A stretch of 63,986 nucleotides of DNA, the filler included, from Reticulomyxa filosa (Eukaryota > Protista > Foraminifera), in NCBI GenBank assembly GCA_000512085.1. It is 27 parts of 27 records of this genome, joined end to end, with 100 filler letters (N's around TTAATTAATTAA, not from the genome) between each part and the next. Parts side by side here need not be neighbours in the genome. Positions count along the whole stretch, not along the records: positions 1 to 2,463 come from ASPP01011564.1; positions 2,564 to 6,569 come from ASPP01029298.1; positions 6,670 to 8,093 come from ASPP01025624.1; positions 8,194 to 9,997 come from ASPP01019936.1; positions 10,098 to 11,657 come from ASPP01037568.1; 22 more parts are not named here. One strand, 5' to 3'. Below are positions 1 to 11,757 of the stretch, piece by piece. The position numbers and the translations under genes are program-made. Under the pieces are notes generated by a model. It saw only the letters and a list, made by a program, of their open reading frames with translations, made no database searches and had not been told where the DNA came from. Within the stretch, counting starts at the first letter, position 1, and the number at the start of each line of letters is the position of its first letter.

Positions 1-37
1 GGGGGGGGGGGGAAGAAAAAAAAAAAAATTAATAATT

Positions 38-601
38 TTACAAGGTCCATTTTTTTTTTTTAGTGTTACAACTTTTCATTAAAAAAAAATAATAATAAAT
101 AGTTTTTATATTTTGTTGCCATAAATTCGCAAATTTTGTAAAAATATTTTTTTTTATTAAAAAAAAAAAAAACTTTGTCTTTTTTTTTTCTTCTTGAAAT
201 GGCTCATCGCTTGAAGAGTCCTCACCGCTTCCTGGAACAGCGATGTACCCTGAAACAGCCGTCTTGTCAACTCCATCAGCGTTGGATTGGTCGTCCATCG
301 ACAACTTATTATCATCGATGTGGTCGTCCATCACTTTATTCAGATCTCGGATCTTTTTTGGCGATTTCTCGCGTCTGCGTGGACCTTCGTGAATTGACCG
401 AATTATCAAATATTGCTGCTCATTGTCAAGGCTCGAACGGCACCCCACGACTACAAATTCTCTACCCTTATAGTGTCCTCCTGCTGTCCAAGTCAGGATT
501 TGAAATTTATCTCCGTCCAGAGGAAAACCATCTAATTCAGAAGGCAGACAACTGAAAGACAATAACGGTGTCAAAGAAAAGAGCTCCAAATTTGTCATCA
601 A
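38..601 (-). CDS. Hypothetical protein, 5' exon (probably runs into an intron near 175)
   Basis: ORF with normal protein composition to about 175, then poly-T/poly-A intron-like sequence; no motif recognised. Confidence 0.5.
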   Translation of the reverse strand: MMTNLELFSLTPLLSFSCLPSELDGFPLDGDKFQILTWTAGGHYKGREFVVVGCRSSLDNEQQYLIIRSIHEGPRRREKSPKKIRDLNKVMDDHIDDNKLSMDDQSNADGVDKTAVSGYIAVPGSGEDSSSDEPFQEEKKKTKFFFFLIKKNIFTKFANLWQQNIKTIYYYFFLMKSCNTKKKKWTL

Positions 602-1233
602 AGATAATTACTTTAGGTTTATTTTTATATATATATTCTTATTGATCCTCCCCTCTTTTTAAACAAAGCAGAGCAACTCCTCAAAATCTTCTTGCTTTGT
701 TTCAATTGCAAAAAATCTAAAAAGGTGGCGTCCTTGGCTGATCCAAATAATGCAAACATATCCTTTTTTTATTATTAAAATTTTAAGAAATGAAAACATG
801 GATACCACTTTTTAAAAAACTGAAAAAGTAGATCCCATGAGGGGCACATCTTTGCAAAGTGCTATTTTAGATATTTCAGAACCTTAAAAACAACAAATAA
901 TAAAAATTAAAAATGCTTTTACCTGATCAAAAAAAGGATAAATTAACAACTACGACAAGATACAAGTCTAATGTATTTTTACGCGCTTCAGTAATTGCAT
1001 AGGAGTATATGCTCCAACGTACATAGTTTCAAAAAGAGCGACGAAAATGTAAGATAAAAGGAGGAGAGATGAGCTAAAAATGTTTAAAAACAAGATTCCA
1101 ACATATTTCTTTGAGGCATCACTTTCCTCCACAAGTACATTTTTTCCACGAGTCCTATTTAAAAAGGTTTTCCGCTGTAACAAAGGCAACCACTTTTGGT
1201 CAAAAAACAAGTTTTCTCCTAAAATAAGGAAAT

Positions 1234-1980
1234 ATGCCAGAGTTAAGTTGGCCAATATTAGTGGCATTGGTGTTAATGGCACTTTCTCAATTATTCGTGA
1301 TATACAAGTTCACTCGAGAAAACGGAAAAGCTGCACAGTCCAAAAAGGACCAGGAAAATAAAGTCGGGTCGAAAACAAAAGAGGGTCCGTATAAGAATTG
1401 CGAAGTTAAGCTAGTGCCAGACAAGGACGGCAAGACATTTTGTGAATGGTTGATCGCAGAAAAGGAAAGTAATGCTTTAAAATATTTAGATGCACACGAG
1501 ATGTATGGTAACCCGATATTATTAGAAAAAATTCAAAAGGCACCTGAAGAGAACTATCCAAAGAGGTTTTCTGGAGATGACGAAAAAAGTATGTTTTATT
1601 TTCGAAGGGGTACCATTCAGTCGTGTGACCGATTCAATGCAGTTGGCAAGAATAACGATACAAACAAAGAGTTTTATTTTGGACACATTGAATGCATTGT
1701 GGTCAAGTCACCACACATGGAGTATTGCAATGAAACTAACAAAAATGTTGGATGGATTTTTGCTGTGTACTGCGCGCCTGACTATCGTGGAACGGGCTTA
1801 TCTGTGGCAATGATTGGTCAATCTCTGGAATATTTAAGGCGTTTTGTTAAGTGTGTGTACTTGATTGTTTTAAGTGAAAACGACCGAGGTTTTCATTGTT
1901 ATCAAAAATGCGGTTTTGTTCATCTCAACTATGTTGGGGTCAATGACAAATACAGACTCATGAGATGTTTGTTAAATTGA
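1234..1980 (+). CDS. GNAT-family N-acetyltransferase with N-terminal hydrophobic anchor
   Basis: C-terminal WIFAVYCAPDYRGTGLS (motif A, R-x-x-G-x-G/S) and VYLIVLSENDRGFHCYQKCGF (motif B); N-terminal WPILVALVLMALSQLFVIY is hydrophobic; intronless 248 aa. Confidence 0.85.
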   Translation: MPELSWPILVALVLMALSQLFVIYKFTRENGKAAQSKKDQENKVGSKTKEGPYKNCEVKLVPDKDGKTFCEWLIAEKESNALKYLDAHEMYGNPILLEKIQKAPEENYPKRFSGDDEKSMFYFRRGTIQSCDRFNAVGKNNDTNKEFYFGHIECIVVKSPHMEYCNETNKNVGWIFAVYCAPDYRGTGLSVAMIGQSLEYLRRFVKCVYLIVLSENDRGFHCYQKCGFVHLNYVGVNDKYRLMRCLLN

Positions 1981-2463
1981 GGTGTTGAATGTACTATTTG
2001 TCTTACAAGAATTACTACATTAAACTTATTCTTTTTTATTTTGTTTTTTTAAGTCATTAAAACTACGTAATATAAGATAGTCAGATCGAATTTAGTCTTT
2101 CAAGCCAAAAACTAAACATTTTTAACATGCAGAAAACATCTTTCTTTGCAGACGAAAAATATAAAATCCTAAAGGCCGTGCAAAAAAACAAATAAACGAA
2201 CAAAATCACTATGTTTGTTGTTGCTTGATATTACTTGGAGAGAAAGTTGCTGAGATTATCTTCTTTTTTTGTGGCCCGTATGACCAAAGGTTTGATCGTG
2301 ACAGACAAACGAGTTTGCAGCATCTGTTGGCACGCACATGGTCAACGTTTTGGAAAAACGTGATATATTGTGTAATCAGTTGATAGTCACCAATATTATA
2401 TATACATTATGTTGAACGCATAAAGCGATATCTTATGATGATAATTAATTTTCTCCATGAAAA

Positions 2464-2563
2464 NNNNNNNNNNNNNNNNNNNNNNNNNNNNNNNNNNNNN
2501 NNNNNNNTTAATTAATTAANNNNNNNNNNNNNNNNNNNNNNNNNNNNNNNNNNNNNNNNNNNN
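2464..2563. other. Artificial contig-joining spacer (first of 26): N44-TTAATTAATTAA-N44
   Basis: Identical 100-nt spacer with stops in all six frames recurs starting at 2464, 6570, 8094, 9998, 11658, 13348, 14651, 16156, 18693, 20305, 22433, 28320, 30256, 32168, 34058, 39674, 41049, 43843, 45897, 47293, 48985, 54863, 56390, 59668, 61433 and 62781. Confidence 0.98.
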
Positions 2564-4820
2564 ATTGATTTTTCAAATTCTCCTTTCTTTCGAAGGACGA
2601 ATCCCACACAATGATAAGAATAACCAAGATCTTCATCCAAAGAATTCGAAATGTCAACATTTTTAGGATTCTCAGCATCATCAGGGATATCAGAGTCATC
2701 AGAATATTCACCATTTAATAATTTTATTCTAATATCTAATGCTTTTTCGTGAAATTCTAATGCCTTATCATACAATTTTTGACGCCTATATACACATCCA
2801 AGATTATAATAAGCTAATGCAATATTTGGATCCACATTACTCAATACCTTCAAATAGATCTCCAAACTCTTTTCTATATATTCTCGTTCTTTTTCAAATT
2901 GATCTTTATAAAAATAGTTAAGACCTAAGATAGTATACAATTGTCCGATGTGTCTGTGATCGATATTTGATGAAGTAAGCCAAATAGGTAATGATTTTTC
3001 CAAATAATAAATTGATTTATCATACTGTTCCAATTCATAATAGACATCACCCAAGTTATAGAAACAGTCTCTCAAATTAATATTATTTTCTTCCAATTGT
3101 GTTGAATACATATTCAATTCTTTTTCAAAATAATGAGCTGCTTTTTCAAAATTTTCAATTTCCTTGTAAGAAAAGCCTAATCGTTCATATAAAAGTAGCA
3201 ATTGCGATATCACTAGGTTTAGGACCCATATTTGGATTTTGTTCCATTAAAAAGATTGCATAAAGTAAATATTTTATTGATGCTTGATAATAATTGTCAT
3301 CACAAGCTGTGAATGCCGATTCACAAATCTGATTAAAATCGGCAGGTAAAGTGATAGCAACAATGGGTTCATCGCAAGTGTAGTCAAGCTCTGCCATTGC
3401 GAGAAATACATGATTGGTAACATAACTATCTTCGCACGCAATATTGCAATGAATAGCATATACACGCCCATAAATTATTACATTTTCAAGCCGAACACCT
3501 TTGCAGTGAAACAGGGCAATGGTAAAAGCACCAACAAAATGTTTTTGTTTCATTGGATTATATTCTTCTTTCATCTCCTTTAATATATCTTTATCTATTT
3601 CCCAATTCCAACCCTTAGGATGTGTTAATACTTCATCTAAATTGCTTGCCACCACAATAATTCCACTTTGTTTTTGTTTTTCCATTTCTTCCATCATTGC
3701 TTCAGCTTTTTTAATAGCCTCCATCCAAGTTGGATCTGTATTTTCAATATAACCATACAAAAAATGCTGATGAGTTCCAATGTAAATATCTTTGCTACAA
3801 GGAGAACAAGTCTTGATCAATCGTTGTTCATTTTCATTCATGAATTTATCTTTAATTGTATAATTCATATCTTCGATTATTGAATTGAGCAATATTGGAT
3901 GATCATAACCTTTACTCAATTGTTCATAAAATAGTTCTCTAAATATAGAGCCAGTATTTCCAGTAGGATCGTTATTGATTAAATTTGTGGTAATAAAAAA
4001 AGTATTCGATCCTGCAAGTCTATTCCATGAAAGATTTTCATCAATTTTCATTTCGCATGATGTCTTTGATTCAATACAATTTTGAATCATTATTTTAGGT
4101 TTTTCCATAAATCCCAATGTGATATCTTCATATACATCTGCAATTTCATTCCAATGTTTGTATTTTCCATCACTAGTCATTAATGTACCAATTTGATCAT
4201 CTCCATAACCACACCAAATAAATATCAAACCATCATATGCTGAAGTGGTTTGAGTTTGTGCTTCTCGTATTTTTTGTGAGGCATCGCTAAGAGTTTTGTT
4301 TAATCGGTCCAGTGTCAATAATTCACTTGCACAATCATCATTATCATATGTTGACATTATCGTATATTTATATCTTTTTTTCAAATAATCTTTTAAGTCT
4401 TAACATGTCATACTTTACACTATTTAACTCTTTATTATCTTTTTCATCTCTCATTGTTCCAGCCAATAATATTAATGGATTCATTATTATGTGATTTCGT
4501 TGAGTATTTAGTCGACCTTTTCTTTCAATACATTTTTTTGGTTTTAATCGTACATTAAAATGTGCTGATGCATTTTTATACACACGTTCAACGTCTTCAT
4601 CTTTTTCAATTCTCACATTATCTTTATCGGTAATAACAACTTCTGGTTGTTGGTTATCTTCGCTGTCACTGTCGCTTTCGCTATCGCTTGCGTTTTTTCT
4701 TTTTATTGAAAACCAAAGTTTTTGCACAGTTGCTGTCAAACTTTCCATTGTTAACATCGACAAGGTTAGTTCAGCATTTTCCTTTTTTGCTTCAATAGAT
4801 ACTGTTATCTTCAATGACAT
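2564..4820 (-). CDS. PB1-like + caspase-like (peptidase C14) + TPR-repeat protein; one gene split by two homopolymer frameshifts, 3'-truncated
   Basis: ORFs 4368-4820, 3185-4384 and 2512-3213 join in frame if one base is removed from each of two runs (near 4375-4381 and 3191-3194). Caspase-like motifs NPLILLAG, YDGLIFIWCGYG and KPKIMIQNC; TPR repeats such as CFYNLGDVYYELEQYDKSIYYLEKSL and AYYNLGCVYRRQKLYDKALEFHEKAL. Confidence 0.75.
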
Positions 4821-6669
4821 TTTGATAAAACTTCCAAAAATGCGTTCCTGTAATATTCTTTCTTAAAAAAAAAACTCTTTTTCAAACTTTAAAAAACCTA
4901 GTTCGACAAATCATTTTCCCAACAAGTGAAGAAAACTCAATTGTTTATTAATTCGTTGTTTACAATATTTGTTTTGCTAAAAAGCCGTTCTTGTGCAACA
5001 ATATTTTTTAAGAAGTATGGAGTTATTATAAAGTCTTTTTATTTCTACAGTAGATTGTAAAAAAAACTGCCATATATTTTTTCAAATTTTTTACAAAGTT
5101 ATTGTTTGTTGTTAATATTTTCGCCTTTATATAATTTTACTTTAATTATCCAACAAATGCTCTCAATTGGATTTATGTCTGATGAATTAGGATGAAAATT
5201 TATCAGTTCTATTATTTTCTTTAAACTAATCCATTATTTTTTTAGTTTTGTAACATTATGAATCTTCTATGCCTGCCAGATCCAGTTTTTCTTTTTACAG
5301 TTCCATTACACTTATATGACGACAGCAAAAAACGAAGCTATACTTACATGAAACGAGTGTGTTACCATCCGAAAAAACTTTCACAGCTGGCGCATCACTT
5401 TCAATTTTTAGTTTCACATTCTATAATTGAATTGATGTATGATGATAAGATATTATCTTAGAAAAAACTCTAAAATAAAAGAAATTTCTAACGTTTGAGC
5501 CTCGCTTCTCAATTTTCATCCCGTGGCGTATCGTTCTATCTAATGACTGATCTACAGTAATTGGCCATCTAATAAGAATTTTAATCTCTTTATATAAGGT
5601 ATATATACTTGAAACTTTTTATCTGCTTACCCGTTTCTACATGCAACGTTTCAATTATATCAACTTGTTGACATCAAAGAAAAGCAGTATCTCCTATATC
5701 TTTTGAACGTAGCATCATCATGTCTTCATGCCATAATGTTGTACAATTGCAAAACAGGCTCATTGGAGTCAACAGTAGTTCAACTCGTGGAAATATGTCA
5801 AAAGGGCCAAAGCCAAAAGAAGATGTTATATACGAATTGAATGTCAATATTTGATATAAACACTGACTTTGACTTTTGCAGAAAAAGAGTATAAAATGAT
5901 TTATTTATAAAACAATTGAGTTTAAAACTTCAACAATGAAACAACTGGTTGAACAAATGTATTATTTTTTTAATGCCACAAAAAAATTTGCACAATAATA
6001 TAGCTTTTGAACAAACTGACAACTAACAACAGGTTACGTACTTTAAATTGAGATGATTAAAGGCGAACTGTTGTATTTTTTCAATTTTGGACCAAGCTGT
6101 CTTGTTTTTCATTATCACATAAAGAATATTTTTATAGCTCGAATATTTATATTTCGTCCCACAACAGTGGTAAAAAAAAAGAGAAAAAGCTTTATGACAT
6201 CTTGTGCAAATGATAACAAGTGCACCCAATAAGTTTGAAACTTGAGAGAAAAAATTAGAGATTTTTAGAAAAAAAAATGCATTTCATGTTTGATTATTGT
6301 ATTATTTGAAATTTTTTTTTAATTGATTCTTTTCGATTAAATTTGTAAAAAGTATAACTTTAATCAATAATTTTCAAAGCTAATTGTGATATTACCGCCT
6401 CTAACACTATGCCTGCATTGTTTTAGTGCAGAAAACGTCATTACTGTAGTCTTGGCTACTAACTGCCAGAAGTTTTGAAAAGACGACAGTCATGACAAAG
6501 AAAAAAAAAAAAAAAATGGAACCACCCCCTTTTTGAGCACCTTTTCAGTTGTCTGATTTTATTGTTGCANNNNNNNNNNNNNNNNNNNNNNNNNNNNNNN
6601 NNNNNNNNNNNNNTTAATTAATTAANNNNNNNNNNNNNNNNNNNNNNNNNNNNNNNNNNNNNNNNNNNN

Positions 6670-7862
6670 ACTCGAAATCATTGGTATTTGATATTTGAAC
6701 ATTGCAATGGTTTATCTTTTTTTTTTGTTTGAAAGTGATATTTTTTAAATCATTTGTTACAAAAAAATATAAGATGCGTACAAATATAATGTATGTGTAT
6801 ATGTATATGTTAGGAGGAGAGTTATTTGAACATTTGATATCATATAATGGCAATGGAATTCACGAATTGACAGCAAAAGAAGTAATGAGACAAGTGTGTA
6901 ATGCGGTAAAGCATCTGCATGATCAAGGATTTGCACACAGAGATATAAAAGCCGAGAATATATTAGTGGAGACACCTTTACAAGGAAGACCAGAGTTGAA
7001 ACTTTGCAATTTTGGATTGGTCAAACAATTGTCCCAACCAAACAAGTTTTTTTTTTTTTTTATCTTTTCCAAAGTACTTCTTTTTATACATGTTTATATT
7101 AATAATAGAAATAATAGCGATTCGAACAAAATTGTCAATATAAACGCGATGCACACATTATGTGGAACATTGCATTATGTAGCTCCAGAGATTCTTAATG
7201 GTTTGTTTTGTTTTTTTGTTGGACTGTGGGAAAATTACTCTAATTGGGGTTGTATATCTGTTTTTTTTAAAAAAAAAGGATCTTGTAGTTATAATCTAAA
7301 TGTTGATATCTGGTCATTGGGCGTTTTGATGTATGTGATGTTATATGGAGTATATCCATTTGATGGTGACACCGAAGAAGAAATGCGAGAAAGTATTGCA
7401 AATGGACTCGAAGAAGTGAATAATGAAGATTCACATGCACTTGTTTCCAAAAGTGCGCAAGATTTGCTACATCGATGTCTAGAAGTGAATCCTTCCAAGA
7501 GGATTACAATTAATCAATTATTAACACATTCTTGGTTAAGCCATTATATTTATTATTTTCTCTTTTTTAGGAAAATAAAGAGACATGTGAAGTACAGAAA
7601 AAGGTGGATACCATCACAATTTAAAAAATAAATAAATATGCAGCACATGCCAAACAAACACAATATTATATTTAATACAAAAAAAGGTTTGAAGAAAAGA
7701 AGGTAGAATTGTCATCTAAAAAGGGAAATATGACAACTGATTTACCACCATCATTGGAAATAGACGAAGATAGTACTTGTTTTGAGTCTGCTGCTCATAC
7801 AGTAGCACTTGTACCACAAAGTGTTACAAGTCCAGTACTGGAATGTCTGGTCTGGGAATAAA
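6670..7862 (+). CDS. CAMK-group Ser/Thr protein kinase (multi-exon, 5'-truncated); DFG reads NFG
   Basis: GGELFEHL, HRDIKAENIL, LKLCNFG, TLCGTLHYVAPE, DIWSLGV and PSKRIT motifs, interrupted by AT-rich intron-like segments. The 3' end is approximate. Confidence 0.9.
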
Positions 7863-8193
7863 AAAATTTTATTTTGTTTGTTGGTTTTATTAGTTTGCTT
7901 TTTTTTTTTCTTCCTCTGAATACTTTCGCTTTTTTTAAAAATACTTGTGTATTCATCGAAAAATCTTGATTCATTTTGAATCTTTTTTTTTTTTCGATTT
8001 GTTCATAAATGCTTGTTTAGATTTTTATGTCGAGTTTTATACAATTTTTTTTTTTTATCATATTCTCTTTTTTTCTTTTTTTCTTTTTTTCTTNNNNNNN
8101 NNNNNNNNNNNNNNNNNNNNNNNNNNNNNNNNNNNNNTTAATTAATTAANNNNNNNNNNNNNNNNNNNNNNNNNNNNNNNNNNNNNNNNNNNN

Positions 8194-9997
8194 GTACCAT
8201 GTTGAATTTTGTAATTTTGAAAAATAGACAATACCGTAAATTGGGAAAAATACGAAAGGAGACGACGTATACGACATTGAGTTAATGAAAAAATACTCAA
8301 AGATAACTATGGTCAGTACATACTTCACGTATACGTTTGTTATTGTTTGACAATTGCCATTGATATAGAAGGGATAGGAGGACAAATGAATAAAACAAAA
8401 TTCAATATTTATGCTTTTCTTTTTTTTATAGATATATAAAAAAAAAGACCTGGACGGCGTATATTTGTTTGGGACCATGTAATCAAAACGGCAATCAACG
8501 AGATGATGCTCCAAATACAGTAGGAGACCGCGTGAAAGTGGGCCGTGGACGTCATGGTAAATAAAATAATTTGAAGATATGGACGAAGGAGAAAACTATG
8601 ACATCGAGGTCGACGTGTGAACCGTAAAGACAATAAACGCCGAGGTGGGACGAACAAGATAGCATAACTCGCTCACACTTCAGCATTTCACCAATTTGCT
8701 GCTCGCGTTGGACCAAGACAACAGGTCCCAAAATGAATCAAAAAAAAAAACGACGATTAGCCTCTTGAGTTGGATGAGATCGTGGAATTGACCAATAACA
8801 TTGTGGCCACGATCTGTTTCATTGGCATTACGCACGTCACAACATACGAGCAGATAGGTGAGTAGTGACACGATTGATAGAGCAAGCAAGACAGCGCGTA
8901 CGTTACTTTGCATGTCCCACAGAAGCGAAGGAAGACAGTAAAGCGTCACCGCAACGATGATCCGAGTCGCCAATGTTCGAAACAACGATGTCCAGGATAT
9001 GAAGAGGAGTTCTTGAAGTTGCGAAATCATACTGGAGCTTACAAAGGCGTCGGCATGATGTGTGACGTATTTGCTCCCCATGATGATAACAGCGGTCAAA
9101 TGAGATTGATTTTTCCAATGCTCGAAATGTGACCAAGTCGACTCGCGTTTGGAGTATATTCACGATTGAGCTCGGTATCGTCAGACGAACTGACAATTAA
9201 TCTTGGAGAAAATCGACATTGATGAATGCAACATCCAAACTGCCTCAAAAAGATCAACGTGCTGATCATGACACGAAGGCGAAGACAAATGTCAATGGAA
9301 AAACATACTCCAAATTTGGCTCACAGATCAAGGGCATGTTTAATTTCCTTGATCAAAACGAGATTGGGATATTGAAACATGTCGACATTCAAGAAATGAT
9401 CAAAGCACCAATTCGACAGAGAACTGTTCAGAGGTTGGGTGAATTTTCATCGGACATTACAAGGCATGATTGAATCCAATAGAAGCTGCTGAACAAGCGT
9501 GACAATGTCAAGTGGCAACCCCGGGGAGCACTAGAAAGACGGCGCCAACGAACAAAGGAAACTCGATCGTTGTGAAAATTGGCGCTAAGTTTATGGCGCG
9601 CTGAACAACAATCGAAACGCATGGACTGATCGTTTGTGTCGACACTGATTGTATGCATGCGCATGTGAGCAACTTTGGACTTTGAGCCATGTGTGTGCTG
9701 ATTTGATGAATCACGAGCTCACAAGCGACATTGGACATTGATTATCGGTGAATACAGAGAAAGCTGGTTGCAATTTTTCCCTTCATTGATACTACTGTAT
9801 TGCAACAGCAGCAGCGACCGGATTGGAAGAAATGTGCTCCCAATGGAAGCTGCTTGACGGTATAATAATGCCAAGCAAAGTGCTAAGGATGATTACGATA
9901 ATGGTGACGACGCAGTCCATGTTTTTCTATTTATTAGTCAATTGTTTCCACATATTGGACTGGTGTTGCGTTCGCCAATATTTGGACGCCGTTATTG
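8194..9997 (+). mobile_element. Degenerate non-LTR retrotransposon (LINE-like) fragment: APE and RT remnants
   Basis: KIDI...ADH (APE IDL/SDH-like, about 9205-9270), NFGL (QFGF-like, about 9670) and FFYLLVNCFHILDW (RT FLD..KAFD.VDW-like). DNA similarity to 42770-43170. Many stops. Confidence 0.55.
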
Positions 9998-10097
9998 NNN
10001 NNNNNNNNNNNNNNNNNNNNNNNNNNNNNNNNNNNNNNNNNTTAATTAATTAANNNNNNNNNNNNNNNNNNNNNNNNNNNNNNNNNNNNNNNNNNNN

Positions 10098-11494
10098 CTA
10101 ATCAATTACTTATTGTACTTGAACCCGAATGTGCAAGCATGTGTATAATGCTTGAAATGAAAGAGAATCCAAATATTGTTCAATTCAAAACAGGAGATTG
10201 CTATATAATGATGGACTTGGGAGCAGGGACTGCTGATATGGTATGTCATGAAATCATAGGGCCATTTGAAGTAAGGGAAATTATCTCTTCATTTGGAGGG
10301 CCTTGGGGAAGTTCTTACATTGATAAAGATATCGAAATTATATTTGATGAAATATTTCAAACAAAATCTGGCGAAAAGAAAATGATGGAATTCCAAGCAA
10401 CACATCCAACACATTATTTAAAATTGTTGGAAAATATTGAAAACGGTAAACAACGATTCTTCAATAATAAAAAGATAATAGGAACCCATAGAATTGAAAT
10501 TCCATATGAATTTAATCAATTTATGCAAGATAACATCTCTAGCAATTTGGAAGAATTGGTTTCTAATTTTAAATATCTTGGAGAATCTGGGTTAGTTTTT
10601 ATTTATTTTATTTTATCATTACTTATATAGTTTAAAAATTATAGACACTCATACGACGGTGCGGATTTATTACTTTCTTGCAAATTGTGGATGAAGTTAT
10701 TTGATTTAAGAATTAATCCGATAATTAAAAAAGTGGATGAAATGTTAAAAAAAAATGAAAAAATATTGAGTAGGAAATTGAAATATATATGTTTGGTGGG
10801 TGGATTTAGCCAATCTCCTTATTTACAACACAGACTCAAACAACATTATGAACATAAATACATATTTGTAATGTATAAACGACCTGTTTTTTCAGTAGTG
10901 CAAGGAGCTGCCCAATTGGCAAGAATTCCTTCTTTCATCAAGTCCAGAATTGTTAAATACACTTATGGGACTTCTTCTGGTCGGCCAATAGAAAAAGCTC
11001 GATCTCATCCAAAAATCAGTGAAGATCATATCAACAAACACAAACATATCAATAATATTAAAAATAAATTGCACATTGCTGATTGTTTCCGTGTATTTGT
11101 GAATAAAGATAAAGAAGTGAAAGTAGGACAAGTTTAAAATTGTCGTATCTGTTATGTTTTGAATATCAAATATCGATATTAATTTGTTTCATCTTTATAG
11201 ATGGTTGAACACAGGTACTCCAAAAGAAGTAAAGAGAGAAAAAATATGAATGTCATAATCTACCGTAGTGAGGAAGAAGATCCAGGAGTGATTACTGGAT
11301 GCAAACATTTAGGACGTATCGAAATCCCATATCCAGAAGATTTTGACGATGTGAAGGATAGAATTTATGTTCGTTTTTATTTTGGTGAAACAATGATTCG
11401 AGTGACAATAACAGTGAAAGGAAAAGAGTATATTGAACATGAAGTACAAATTAAGTATGATTTTGGTGTTCAACATTTGGATGCAATTGGTTAA
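10098..11494 (+). CDS. HSPA12-like atypical Hsp70 (C-terminal part, multi-exon)
   Basis: IVLEPECAS, YIMMDLGAGTADMVCHE, GGPWGSSYID, ICLVGGFSQSPYL, VVQGAA, RIVKYTYG and VRFYFGETMI are typical of HSPA12. Introns at about 10591-10643 and 11132-11200. Confidence 0.85.
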
Positions 11495-11757
11495 TATTAT
11501 TTTTGTAATAATCAAAAAATGGGAAAATATTTATGCATTTTTCATTCAACTTTCTAATATTGCGTCCTTTAGGCAATTATTTTTCATTAAAATTTGGCAT
11601 TTTATTACATAGGTAATGTCAGAGACCAAAGTGGAAAAAACAGATATATTTTTTTGANNNNNNNNNNNNNNNNNNNNNNNNNNNNNNNNNNNNNNNNNNN
11701 NTTAATTAATTAANNNNNNNNNNNNNNNNNNNNNNNNNNNNNNNNNNNNNNNNNNNN

